A DNA stretch of 64,000 bases from Selaginella moellendorffii. Taxonomy: Eukaryota > Plantae > Lycopodiophyta. The translations under genes and the position numbers were made by a program. Location: the NCBI RefSeq assembly GCF_000143415.4, contig NW_003314280.1:1426894-1490893 (forward strand), in the 5' to 3' direction. Below, in pieces: positions 13,698 through 25,800 of this stretch (positions are counted from its first letter, which is position 1; the number at the start of each line of letters is the position of its first letter). The notes beneath the pieces were generated by a model, which ran no database searches, was not told the DNA's origin, and worked only from the letters and a program-made list of their open reading frames with translations.

Positions 13698-15335
13698 TCA
13701 GCTCGGCTCGGGAAAAGATCCAAGTCCAGCGCGGTAAGTGTTGGCCAGCACCACGTAAGGCACGGAATTCGCCGGGACCAAATCCGAGACACGCCGTGCG
13801 GCTGCTTGAGCGCGAGACACGTCCTCCAGCGTCCCGCAAGCTCCCAGGAAAACCCTCCACGCAACCTGGTCGGGAAGAAACGGCATGCTCGCGAGCAGCT
13901 CCTCGGCATGCTTTAGCTGCCCCGATCTCGCAAAGCTCGCAACTATGGAGCTGTAGTGCTCGGCCGTCGGCTCCAGGCCATAGTCCGAGACCATTGACGC
14001 AAAGTAGCCGAGAGCTTCCGCCACCATTCCCCGGTGGCCGCAAGCCGCGAGGAGACACATGAAAGCCACCTCGTCCGGTCGGACTCCGTCAACTTCCATC
14101 TCGTGGAACACCCGAATCGCCTCCTCCGTGTGTCCGAGGTGAGCGTAGGCCGCCAGCATTACTGACCACGAGTAGAAGTTCCTCTCCGGCATCTCCTCGA
14201 ACAGCCTCTCGGCCTCGGCGAGATGACCACCCTGCGAGTTCGTCGCCACCATCGTGTTCCACGACACAACATTCTGCTTGGGCATTCTTGCGAAAAACCT
14301 CCTTGCCTCTGTCACGTCGGCCTTCTCCGCAAATCCTCCCACCATGGTCGTCCACGAGAAGACGTCGCGCCCCGGCATCCGATCGAACAAGCGCTTGGCC
14401 TCGCAAACATTCCCGGTTCGAGCGTACGTCGCGAGCAGCGAGTTCCAGCTGATCAAGCTCCGCTTCGGCATCCTCTCGAACACGCACCGCGCCTCCTGTA
14501 TCCGGCAATCGTTGTGCAGGAACGCCGCGAGAAGCAGATTCCACGTCACAACATCCTTGCATGGGACTTGGTAGAACGTTTCTTTCGCTGCTTCCAAATG
14601 CCCACACCGGGCAAACGCCTGAAACATCCCGGCCCACGAGACGCTGTCACGCAGAGGCATGGATCTAAACACCGCCTCCGCCTCCGCCACCTTTCCATGC
14701 CTCGTAAACGCGAACAACATCGCGTTCCAGCTGACCACGTCCGTCGCAGGCATCTTTTCAAACGCCACCTTTGCGAGCTGCAGTTGCCCACTCCCGGCAT
14801 ATGCAGTGATCATCGCGTTCCATGGCATGGCGCTCCTGGCCGGCGCGAGATCGAACAGGAGCTTCGCGCTGGCGGCGCAACAGACGCGGTCACAGCCTGC
14901 GATCATCTCCACCCACGCGATCGTGTCCCGCGCCGGCATGCGGTCGAAGACGCCCTTGGCGGTGTCGAGGCAGCGCTGCTCCGCGAAGCCCTGCAGTAGC
15001 GCCGTCCACGCCACGACGTTGCGCTCGGGCATGGCGTCGAAGAAGCGCTTGGCGTCGTCCAGGAGGCCGTGGCGGGCGTGGATGGACGTGATGATCGTCC
15101 AGGAGAAGAGATTGGGGTCGGGCATCGAGTGGAAAACGCTGCGCGCGTCGGCGAGGCTAGCGCATTTGCCATACATGTGGATGAGCGTGTTGGCGAGGTA
15201 GCGGCTGCCGCGGTGGTGGGCGCTGCCGAGGATTTGGGCGTGGATTCGCCGCCCGGCCTCTAGGTCGTGGTGATCGCCGCATGATCGCAGGAGCGCCGCC
15301 AACTGATCTTGCTCCGCGAGGAGGGTCCTCCTCAT
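13698..15335 (-). CDS. PPR protein, PLS/SS-repeat type with truncated E domain
   Basis: 545 aa of tandem 31-aa A..F..MP.R..VSW repeats, ending in PYVVLANTY. Confidence 0.93.
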   Translation of the reverse strand: MRRTLLAEQDQLAALLRSCGDHHDLEAGRRIHAQILGSAHHRGSRYLANTLIHMYGKCASLADARSVFHSMPDPNLFSWTIITSIHARHGLLDDAKRFFDAMPERNVVAWTALLQGFAEQRCLDTAKGVFDRMPARDTIAWVEMIAGCDRVCCAASAKLLFDLAPARSAMPWNAMITAYAGSGQLQLAKVAFEKMPATDVVSWNAMLFAFTRHGKVAEAEAVFRSMPLRDSVSWAGMFQAFARCGHLEAAKETFYQVPCKDVVTWNLLLAAFLHNDCRIQEARCVFERMPKRSLISWNSLLATYARTGNVCEAKRLFDRMPGRDVFSWTTMVGGFAEKADVTEARRFFARMPKQNVVSWNTMVATNSQGGHLAEAERLFEEMPERNFYSWSVMLAAYAHLGHTEEAIRVFHEMEVDGVRPDEVAFMCLLAACGHRGMVAEALGYFASMVSDYGLEPTAEHYSSIVASFARSGQLKHAEELLASMPFLPDQVAWRVFLGACGTLEDVSRAQAAARRVSDLVPANSVPYVVLANTYRAGLGSFPEPS

Positions 15336-16299
15336 GAACCGCGCAAGAGATGGATCGTTAAACTCCCATTGTCATCTTTTAAGCTTCCAGAGAATGGAAG
15401 GTGATACGATTCTATACGAAGATGGTATTGCCCAGAACGGAAAGTATCACGAGTTGCTTCATATGATCCCATATATCTCTGTGCACACCACATGATTTGA
15501 TTTAGTTCACATGGTTCACGAGCGAGACAAGCATGGCAGCGTTGGAACTTTCAAATTTTTTTCAAATCTTCCCCCCTGTGCCAGTAAGTACTGAAGCATC
15601 ATTTTTCTTCTTTGTCCATTGTGTGTGTATTGTTAAACATTTCTCCACCAACTTTATTAATATTACATTCCATTCACCAACTCCAGTAAAATCAGTGATA
15701 ATAGGGGGTAACTAAAAGCGCACAGTGTCAAAAAAGCATTAATTCTTTTGAGACCCCAGGGAATGTATCAGCAAGCACCAAAGAACGTTTGCAAGTGACA
15801 AAACCTTCCAGAGCATAGGCCTAGAGTTGTAGGCTATGATCTTCCTCAAATGTATAGGGGAGAAAACAACATAGAGGAAGGACTTGAAGTATCTTCTTCC
15901 ACTTTTGTCTGGCTGATCGATCCCTCGGCATTAAGTTGCGTTTCGTCTCCTCTCGTCAATCCTGACTAAACAAAGAGGGGAAAACCGCAAAGAGGAGGAA
16001 AAGCCGAGACCTTGTTGTTTGTCCGTGGAAGAAGCGATCAAAGCGCTAGCAACATTCCTCTCCTTTCCTGCCAAGCATAGAAGAGGATAGCATCGAGCGA
16101 GTGTAGAGTTTTTTAAGGAGAGGGAAAGATAAAAGAGAGAGAAAGGGGGAAAAGTGGAAGGCAAGGACATCTTACATACCTTGCTTTGCTTTGTTTTTGC
16201 GGCTTTTGATGGGAGCAAAATGCCCCCTCCTCCATCACGCCTTTGCTTTGGAGTGCGGGAATGAGATGGTCTTGCTACCGCTGTCGTCGTCGTCGCCGC

Positions 16300-16345
16300 C
16301 GCCCTGTTGGTCGTGGTCGTCTTCGTCTTCGTCTTCGTCTTCGTT
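16300..16345 (+). repeat. (TCTTCG)n/(TCG)n microsatellite in the kinase 5' region
   Basis: Direct reading: TCTTCGTCTTCGTCTTCGTCTTCG. Confidence 0.7.
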
Positions 16346-16380
16346 TCCGTCTTTGTCACCACCACCGGCGCCTAGAGAGA

Positions 16381-19066
16381 ATGCGGGACGAAGCTGATCA
16401 TCCTCTCCTCCAGCCAAGCGAAAGCCAGCGGCAGGAAGAACTGGAGCTGGAGCTGGAGCGGCACTCCAAAGTCCTGGTAACTGTGAGCTTGGAGAGCCAG
16501 AGCTTGGAGAATCTTTCGTGGGCGGTCACCGTTGCTTCGCGGCCGGGTGATACCGTCGTCGCTCTTCACCTCCTCGAGGACTCGGATTCAGGTGCGCTGG
16601 TTGGTTCCAAAGTTTCGTTTTTTCCTCCTCTCTTGTTCACGGCGGCTCTTGAGCTGACTTGGGAAATATCCTTTCTTGCCTCTTGCCTCTTCCCAGAGAT
16701 CCGTTCCATTGAGAAGCAGTACGAGCGGGCGAGAGCAGGAGTGCTGTCGCTGTTGGAGCAATGCCGGGAGCTGTGCCACTTTAGACAAGTGAACCCATTT
16801 TAGATTCTCGGCGGCCATGAATAACCTCGGCTTGCTGGTCTCAGGTTACTACCAACGTCAGGATCGTCCCCACTTTCAATGGACCCAAGGCGGTGCTCCT
16901 GGAGCAAGCTGCTTTTCTCGACGCCACCACGCTGGTTTTGAGCTCGTCGGATGTGGCTCCAGATCTCAAGTAAGTTATCAACTCTGGTACTTTCGGATCG
17001 TCCTGACGCTTTTCCAATGTCAGGCTGAGCGGCTTCACCGAGTGTGGAGCGCAGTTTCCTGGACCACCGCAAGGCTGCTTAGTTTTCGTTGCTCAAAAAA
17101 AGAGAAGAATGAGCAGCAAAAAACTCACCAGCAGCGGCGTGATCTCCGTCCAAGGTGAACTTTTGGTTCCGGACGACCCCCAGCTCGCTGAGAAAGAGCA
17201 ACGCGACGAATCGGTGCAGAGGCTACTGCCGCATAAAGGGTTTCAGTGTCACATCACCACTGATCCAGTACTGGCTTCTTCCGAGCTTCACTGCTGCAAG
17301 GCCGCCCATGCCCGTCTCGATATCCCAAGCGACTACTCTCCCCGGGGTGTTCTCGAGGGGCCGCATTCGGATTCCAACGACGGTGGCGCGTCCCCGGAAG
17401 AACAGAGCTCCGGATCATCCCCGGTTTTCCCGCTGCTCGTCTCCACCTCCAGTAATGCCGCTGGTAGAGTGGAGGACCAGCGAGATGAGGAGGAGGAGGA
17501 GGAGCTCCAAGCGTCGTGCTTGAATCTGTTTAGGCACATGAAGCGCCACAACACTTTCCCTGCGACACCAGGTTCAGCGGTCCAGCGCCACCGGAAACTC
17601 ATTCCCAGCTTTAGTTGCAGCTCCGCTCACAGTGGCATGAGATTTTCCAGCTACAACTCGGAGGAGGCGGAGCTCAGCCTGCATTCGATGTGCGCCGCCG
17701 GTGACAAGCCCCCCTGGAGATGCTTCACGTACGACGAGATTCTGCTGGCCACAAGCTGCTTCAGTCCTGGTAACTGAAATCCTGTTTTTCTCTGTTTTGC
17801 TCAATGTCGACGTCGATCTGGCTGCAGATAATCTCGTTGGGAAGGGTGGCTACGCCGTCGTCTACAAAGGCACCTTATCCGACGGGCAGCTCATTGCAGT
17901 GAAGAAGCTCACCAAAGGCGACTCGGAGCAGCATAAAGAAGGCGGCTTTCTCACGGAACTCGGCATCATTGGTCATGTGACTCATCCAAACACGACGCCT
18001 CTGATCGGCTTCTGCGTGGAGCGGGGCCTGCACTTGGTCTTCCCCTTCTCCCCCCATGGAAGTCTCGCGTCCGTCCTTCATGGTAAGTCCAGATCTGGTC
18101 CGAGTTTCTTCGTTATAACTTCTCTTTTCTTTTCGCAGGAACAAAGTCCAAGGCGTTGGAGTGGTCGGTGCGGAGGAAGATTGCGCTTGGCACTGCCAGA
18201 GGTCTTCAGTACCTCCATAAGGTCTGTCCAAGAAGGATAATTCACCGGGATATCAAAGCCTCCAACATACTTCTCGGTCCCGACTTCGAGCCGCAGGTAG
18301 CCACTATTTAATCTTCCCAGTCCCCGGATTGGTAAAGTTGTTTGATGCAGATATCTGACTTCGGCCTCGCGAAATGGCTTCCGGAGCAATGGACACATCA
18401 TACTGTCACTCCCATTGAGGGGACTTTCGGGTGAGCCATCCACTCTTCAAACTGTTTGTGACTTGACAAGTTTGTCCTGAACCAGGTACCTCGCACCGGA
18501 ATACTTCATGCACGGCATTGTGGACGAGAAAACCGATATATTCGCATATGGAGTGCTGCTTCTCGAGCTCATCACCGGACGGAAGCCGATCGATGCCATG
18601 CAACGGAACATAGTTGTCTGGGTACACGAACTTTCTCAAATTCCTCCATTTGCTCAGAGCGTGCCCCTCCGTGTTTTTCCAGGCAAGACCATATCTGGAA
18701 TCCTGTAGCATCCAAGAGCTGGTTGATCCCGCACTTGCTGGTGCCTACGACTCCAACCAGCTGCGAAAGTTGGTACTGGTTGCCACCCTGTGTGTCCGAC
18801 AATCCCCTCTTTGGCGGCCCTGCATGAGCCAGGTAACAGTGCACCGCGAAGTCTTTGGTATACCAACACTCGTATTTTTTTCTTCCTTCCTGTTCCTGTC
18901 TCCTGGCCAGGTTTTGAAGCTGCTTTCTGACGAGACACTGGACCAGGAGCTTCCAACCAACTGGAGTACTCTAGTCTGCAACGCAACCGACGTTGACGAT
19001 GAGTACACGAGCAATGAATATCATACTGACATGAACCGGCATAGAGCTCTCGCTCTGGGGACTTGA
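16381..19066 (+). CDS. Receptor-like cytoplasmic kinase class VI (RBK-related) with N-terminal UspA-like domain; multi-exon
   Basis: UspA-like [20 protein letters not shown], then [72 protein letters not shown] and [11 protein letters not shown]. Confidence 0.9.
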
Positions 19067-19374
19067 GAGAACTTTCTATTCTTTCCTCTCTCTATCGTTC
19101 TGCTGCTGTTGCTATTGCTATTCCTGCTGGTGATCACTTGTAACATAACCTTCCTGCTGCGTGGAGACTGCCGAACAGAAGACTAATGAGGAGCTGTAAT
19201 AAACAAGATGTACATTGCTGCCGGCAATTCTTTTGAAAAAAAATAGTCACCTTGAATGAACTTCACATGGTCTATCACTTGCATTCATTGATTGCCCCAC
19301 AGCCTGTATGATACACCGTATACACAAAAATCGTTAGCTAGATTGATGGTGAAAACGATACCTTTAGTCACGAT

Positions 19375-20169
19375 CTAGCACCGAAAACCTCTACAAACTG
19401 CCAGCCAGACCGAGAGCAAGACCACGCACACGACAGCATCGATCGCGAGTATAAACTTCATGCTGCAACAGCACCGCATTCTTTGCCACTGAGCTCTCAT
19501 CCTCGAGTTCCCCACACTCTTGCCACCCGAGGAGGTTTCCATTGCCTGCGCTGGGCCATCGGACTTGTCGCACCGCTCCATCACCACCTCCCGGAGCTCG
19601 TACTGCTTGTGCTTGCTCGACTTGCCCCTGGCGAGCGGCGAGCACGACGACGAGAACTGCGCTTGCGTAGAGTCACCGGACATCCTCCTCTCCAACCGCC
19701 CCTTGCCCATCAAAGGCACACTATCGTCGAAAGATTGATCCGAAAAGCCTTCGTAACACTGCCTCCCGGTAGCGTCGTTGATCGCATTTCTCATCACTGG
19801 CAAGACGTCACGATCCAAGTGATAGTTTTGGAGCTCGTCTCGATCTTCCTGGAGGCCCCGGAGAAGCAGTAGCCGTCTAAAATCGCTCTGGATTTGGCCC
19901 AAGAACGTAAACCCGTGCTCCTTCCCAAAGACTTCGTCAAAGACCCCACAATACGTCAGCGGGGGCTGGATGAGGTAGCACGCCAGGCGATTGTTCGCGG
20001 CAAATGTGACGGTCTTGTGCATCGGCGGGAGCGAAGCCAGAGATTCCGCCATGGCGGCTGCAAATCCGGGATCGTCGTCGAGGCACTCGGCTAGAATATT
20101 GGTCCCCTGAGCGATGGAAGCGTAGAAAATGAGATTCTGGCCCTCCATTTTCTTCCTGGAATTCGGCAT
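19375..20169 (-). CDS. Phytolongin (longin domain plus C-terminal TM anchor, no SNARE motif)
   Basis: LIFYASIAQGTNILAE...LPPMHK.VTF longin start, and C-terminal ILAIDAVVCVVLLSVWLAVCRGFRC typical of VAMP7/phytolongin tails. Start is either 20169 or 20148. Confidence 0.8.
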   Translation of the reverse strand: MPNSRKKMEGQNLIFYASIAQGTNILAECLDDDPGFAAAMAESLASLPPMHKTVTFAANNRLACYLIQPPLTYCGVFDEVFGKEHGFTFLGQIQSDFRRLLLLRGLQEDRDELQNYHLDRDVLPVMRNAINDATGRQCYEGFSDQSFDDSVPLMGKGRLERRMSGDSTQAQFSSSCSPLARGKSSKHKQYELREVVMERCDKSDGPAQAMETSSGGKSVGNSRMRAQWQRMRCCCSMKFILAIDAVVCVVLLSVWLAVCRGFRC

Positions 20170-22811
20170 CGCTGGAGCGGCCGGAGCGCGGCGCGCCCGA
20201 TCGATCGATCGGCTGTAGCTACAGTGATCGAGAGAGAAATACCTGATCGCTATCTCCGCCGGGAGCTCCTTGACTGACCTAAAATAAAGAATGACGAGCA
20301 CATTTAAGAGGTTTACTAGCTAGAATTTTCCCGCCCATGGGCAGCTCCTAGGGTTTCTTTGGTGGGATCTCTTTGGTCGATCGATCTAGCTAGGCGCATT
20401 AAGAAACATCAAGCGCGTGCTTAAAAGTCTTGCCACGGTAAGATGGAGTGGAAGATTTTGATTTTTCTTGCCCGCATTGTTCAATTCAATCACGCTTCTT
20501 GAAGAGACGTATGGAAAACGAGATGACACTGATAGGATCTATTTGGAATTTTATTGTTTGCGCAATGCCAGGGTCTTTTTGGTTGAATCGATCAAAGTAT
20601 CGTAACAATGACAAGCTTTCTCACTGTTCGTTCCTCCCAATACTGCTTTCTAAGGGTAAACTTGTGCTACTTCTCATAATAGCTATAACAGTCTTAACTT
20701 CTATGCCTTGGACAATTTGGAAGCACAGGACGTCCACGGATAAAAGAAAAGGTTTGTGAGGCTACTAGAGCTCACCGCCTCAGGTGGAAAACAGTCTCTA
20801 CAGATAACGCTAACGAAAATCGAAAGCAATCAAGACTGGAATTTCCAGGTGACGATTTCTTCTCGTTTTTTGCGTTTATTTTCTTTAAGATTTTTTTTTT
20901 CTTTGTTTTGGTTCTCGTATACTCACGATTTTCCTTGGATTTGAACGTATGGCCAGGCAGAAGATGAGGGTGCGCATATTTTTTGAAGTGCACAATCGCT
21001 TCCGCATTGCGACAAGGATCTCTTGAACCAGGCCCGAGGTGAGACGCGTTTGAGGGGGAGGCGGCCAAGAAGGTGATGGTGACCATGCCTTGTCTCTTGC
21101 TCTTGCCAAAGTCAGGTGAATCGTCACTCCCAGGCGGACAGATCTCTGGAAGGAGACAAGCCGGGAATTAATCGCTCGCACTAAGCTAGTCACCATACAG
21201 TATCACAGGCGTTCTCTGAATCGCAAAGGTAAGTAATCACTCTTTCTCTTTCTCGCTCTCTCTCTTTCTCACCGCTTTGATTTATGAGAGAGCAGGGAAC
21301 CTGGCCTAGCAACTTGCAACACGCCATGCAATGCGAGAATCGCAACACCTAATATGTATGCACTGTAAGTACAGGAAAAGAGATGCGATTGCAAAGTAGG
21401 CATTCATCGTGTCTCATCCTTGGGAGGTAAAAAAACCTTTTTTTTATCTGAGCTTTACACGCATTTTCTTTCGTTTGTCACGATAGAGAAGACGACTGAA
21501 TCCGGCCCGAGCTCGAATCACTGGCAACTGGACTGCGAGAATGACCGGTCTTCCACCCCGTGGCAGGAGACTTCCCTGTCGCAAGGGTGGCATTTGGCAC
21601 GATAAGAATGGTACAAATATGCGGCTCTTCGTCTAGTTTTGCGGTCACGGTTTTACGTACAGCGAAGACGAGACAAATGAGCATGGAGCAAAAAGCGAAA
21701 TAAAATAGAAGCAAACAAACTCCTCGGTATCAACCGTGGTACCGGAGAAACACAAAACCGGGTATGGATTTTTCCGCATTGCATTTACTGTCTCTTGTTT
21801 TTGACGAGCATCGTTCTTCCAGGCTTACCATCACCAAAACAGATAAAGGATTCAGACAGCTTGAATGCGGTAAGTCAGGCAGTAAACTCCGCGATTGCGA
21901 CTTCCACTTCCAAAAACAACAAGGAAATAGAATGAGCACCGCGAGTTTTTCTATCTCGAAGAATTCCAGCAGGAGGAAGAGGAATGGTTCAATGAAGTCC
22001 GGAAGGAACTAAAAGAGACAAGCAGGAGAGGTTGGGACTGGATAGCTTCGGCCAAAGCAGATAGGTCCGGGCAGTGCGAAGAGATAGGCCCGGCAATCAC
22101 CGAGCCAAATCGAGAGCTTAAGATTGCGAAGATAAGATTTGCTTTTAAGGTGCTGTACGTTAGCGTTGTACGAGAGCGATCAAACAACCATACCGATTTG
22201 CACTTCTATATAGTTTTCTAGTTGGTGGAAAAAGGGAAAGTTGGAATCAAAGTAGAATATGCGCAATTTGGACACGTGGCCTTATCCGTGGTATTGTGAT
22301 ATGATTTGAATGGTGAGCATCCCACCGCGGGAGAGAACTGTGTGTGTCGACAGGAGCTTGGAGCTAATTTTACTTATTTTTGAGAACCACACAAAAAGAT
22401 CTAAAAGGCCATTGCTTTTGTGGACATAAGATTGCCCTTCTCTTTTCTCATTCTTCTTATTTTTTTTCCCTTTGAATCTTTGAGTGTGGGTGTCCATCTC
22501 TCGGCCATTCGATCTCTTGCTTGTTTCCTCTCTTCTTCTCTTCCTTCCTTTCCAAGTAAGCTTCTTCTAGAGTTTTTTCGGGATTGATTCTTCCTCCAGC
22601 CAGCGCGATACAGAATCGCATCCAAAATCTCAGTGGTTTTGCTCCGGCAAAGCCGTGGAATTTAATTGCTTTCCCGTGAGCACCGGATGCGTCAAGGGCC
22701 ACATTGCGTCCAGGGATTGATCCGATTGAATTGAGGATCGATTTAGTGATCGAGAATACTCTAGCGCTACCATCCAGCTCCAGCGCTGTAGCTTAAGCGC
22801 TCGCACTCGCC

Positions 22812-25800
22812 ATGGCACCTCGCGCGGGGCGCGCCAAAGTCCACAAGCCCAAAGGCGAGAAGAAGAAGAAGGAAGAGAAGAGTGAGCACCCAAAGATCCA
22901 TCCAGCGTTTGCGTTTTGAGATATTTTAGGTTTTAGGGGTTTAGGCGATGGCGCTCACAATGTCGTGGTTTCTTGCTCCTCGCAGCGCTGCCGGTGATGC
23001 TCGATGTTACTGTCCATCTCCCATCGGGCACGCAGATCACGCTCAAGGTAAGCGCTCGCGCTTTCTTTCGCTGGAAATGATCGATTCATCGATGGCGCGC
23101 AGGGTATTTCCACGGACCGCATTCTGGATGTGCGCCGCCTCTTGGCCGTCAATGTGGAGACGTGCCATCTCACGAATTTCTCGCTCGCGCACGAGGTAAG
23201 AGATCTGGAATTCCCTCTGGAAAATTTCACCCATCCCTGGTGTCCAGATAAAAGGAGGTCGTTTGCGGGACTCGTTGGAGATCGCTGTTCTTAAACCCTG
23301 CGTTCTTACTCTTGTCGAAGGTGCCATTATTTTATTTACACTTTGCTAGACTACAGCGTTTTTATTCTTTCTCGATTGTTTTTTCAGAGGATTACACCGA
23401 GGAAAAGGCAATCACACACGTCAGAAGGCTTCTGGACATTGTTTCAAGCACAGCGTGTTTTGGGCCTTCAGGGAAGCAGCTGACTGATACTCATGACGGA
23501 AGTCACAAAGAGAATTCTCCTTCAACGGAAGACTCGGCTGTTTCCAAAGAAGCGGATCAAAAGCACAATACTGTAGCTTCCAAAGAAGCGGAACAAAAGC
23601 TGATTGCTGCTGCCGGCAACAAGGCTGATCCGGACAAGGATGAAGACGGCAAAACAAAACAGGCAGGAGATCATGCTCGAAGGAACGGGGAGATTAAGAA
23701 GCTAGGAACCTCCAAGTCGAAAGGAAAATCAGAGGCCGCAGCTGTTATTGCAGAAGCTAAAGAGGCATCAGAGAAAGGTGACATCGACAAGTTGTGTCCT
23801 CCATCGAAGCTTGGCCAGTTCTACCAGTTCTTTTCTTTTTCCCATCTCACTGCACCAATCCAATGTAAGAATTTGTTTTTTGGTTCCGCTTCACTGATCC
23901 TGCTATTTTCAGTTCTTCGGAGATCGACGAGACAAGCATGCGAAAATCTTGCTGAAGGGGAGTTTTTTGCAATTGATGTAAGGCTTCTCAAATTTTGTTG
24001 CTTTGATCTTAGGCCCGCTACTTTCATTTTGCAGGTAAGATTATGCAACGGCAAACTCGTAACGGCTGTAGCTTGTACCTCGGGATTCTACAATGCTGGC
24101 AAGCCTCAGACAAAATTCTATCAACTTGTCAATCTGCTTCGACACGCTAGCAAGGCTTTTGCCAACGTATGTTTTACTCTCTCGCTTTTAATGTTTGACT
24201 TGCTTATGACGTGACGTTAACAGGCATACGATGACCTTATCAAGGCATTTGTGGAACGTAACAAGGTAAGCTGGATTTATTTTACAAATTTGAGAGGGGC
24301 TTATGTCTTTGCTGCATGTAGTTTGGAAACATCCCGTATGGACTTCGATCAAACACCTGGGTGGTTCCACCCACTGCAGCAGAGGCTCCATCAACATTTC
24401 CTCCATTACCTTCAGAAGACGAGACTTGGGGTGGTAATGGTGGAGGACAAGGAAGAGACGATGAAAGCGTTGAGAAGGAATGGTCTCGGGATTTCATGGT
24501 TCTAGCGCGCATGCCGTGTAAGACAGATGAAGAACGCCAGGTTCGGGACAGGAAAGCCTTTCTTCTTCACAGCCTTTTCGTAGACACGTGCCTAGTTCAT
24601 GCTACATCAGTTTTGAAAGATGCGGAACAGCTGCCAGATGTACCTCTGATTGACGACCGTGGACATTTTCTCGTTAAAGAAGCGGGGTCCCTGAATGTTT
24701 TGCTAGCTCAGGACGTTACAGACGCAAGCAAAAAAGTTGATTTCAAGATTGATACTATTCATAGCCGACAACTGACACCTGAAGAGCTTTCTCAGAAGAA
24801 CCTCTTCAAAGGAATTGCAGCTGACGAAAGCACCACTGTTCATGTAAGCAGTTTGCTATGTTTGCGTTTTCTTACTCGTGTGTTTGAATTTCAGGACACT
24901 GCGACGCTGGGTGTTGTTCTGATCCGGCATAAAAAATATATGGCATTGGTCGAAGCAAGGGGCCTTAAAGAAGCCCAAGAGATGATAAATTTACCAAATG
25001 ATCTTCAAGTTGAGGAACAGGCAGAGGGAGGAGCCAATGCTCTAAACGTCAACAGGTAAACCCATTCAAACTTTCTTTATGCTTGTTTTGCTGATGACAT
25101 TACTTTTTCAGCCTACGAAGTCTCCTGCATCAAACGGCTAGCGTTTCAGTGGATCCTGAGGAAGTTAGGAAGTCCAGGGATGTGCTTCAGAGGATAATGG
25201 CTGAAAGCTTGAAAGGGCTGCAGAACGAGTCAGACAGGACTGATGGATTTATAAGGTGGGAACTGGGAGCGTGCTGGGTTCAGCATCTTCAGACACAGGC
25301 CAATTCGGAGAAGGCTGATGCAAAGGGATCAAACAAGCAAGACCCAAAGAAAAAAACAAACGAGAAGCTGGTTGATAAAAAGACGGTCCTTGAAAAGACC
25401 AAGCCACTGGATTCTTTGCGTGATCATGTCAGTGATTCACAAGAATCTTCTTCTGCAAGTTTGGAAAAGCCAAAAGAAGTAGATCCTCTGAAAGTACAAT
25501 CGGAAGCGCATCTCAAAAGCTTACTTGGAGACGCAGCATTTACTCGCTTGAAGGAGTCGGACATAGGCCTCCATTCGAAGGTAACAAAATATATATTTTT
25601 GTATATAACAAAGCTTACGTTTGCTTCTAAGCAGACTGTCCCCGAACTTGTTGCTGGAGCAGATCAATACTATAATGACGTTGCGCTTCCTAAACTGGTA
25701 TGCATTTACATGCAAACATTTGTAATCATTGTCACATTTTTGTTTTTAACAGGTGTCCGATTTCGCATCTTTAGAATTATCACCAGTTGATGGGCGCACG

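Noticed and set aside
22870-22890. miR156-like string GAAGAGAAGAGTGAGCAC
   Set aside because: It is the REC exon 1/intron junction (EEK|GTGAG); no hairpin partner.
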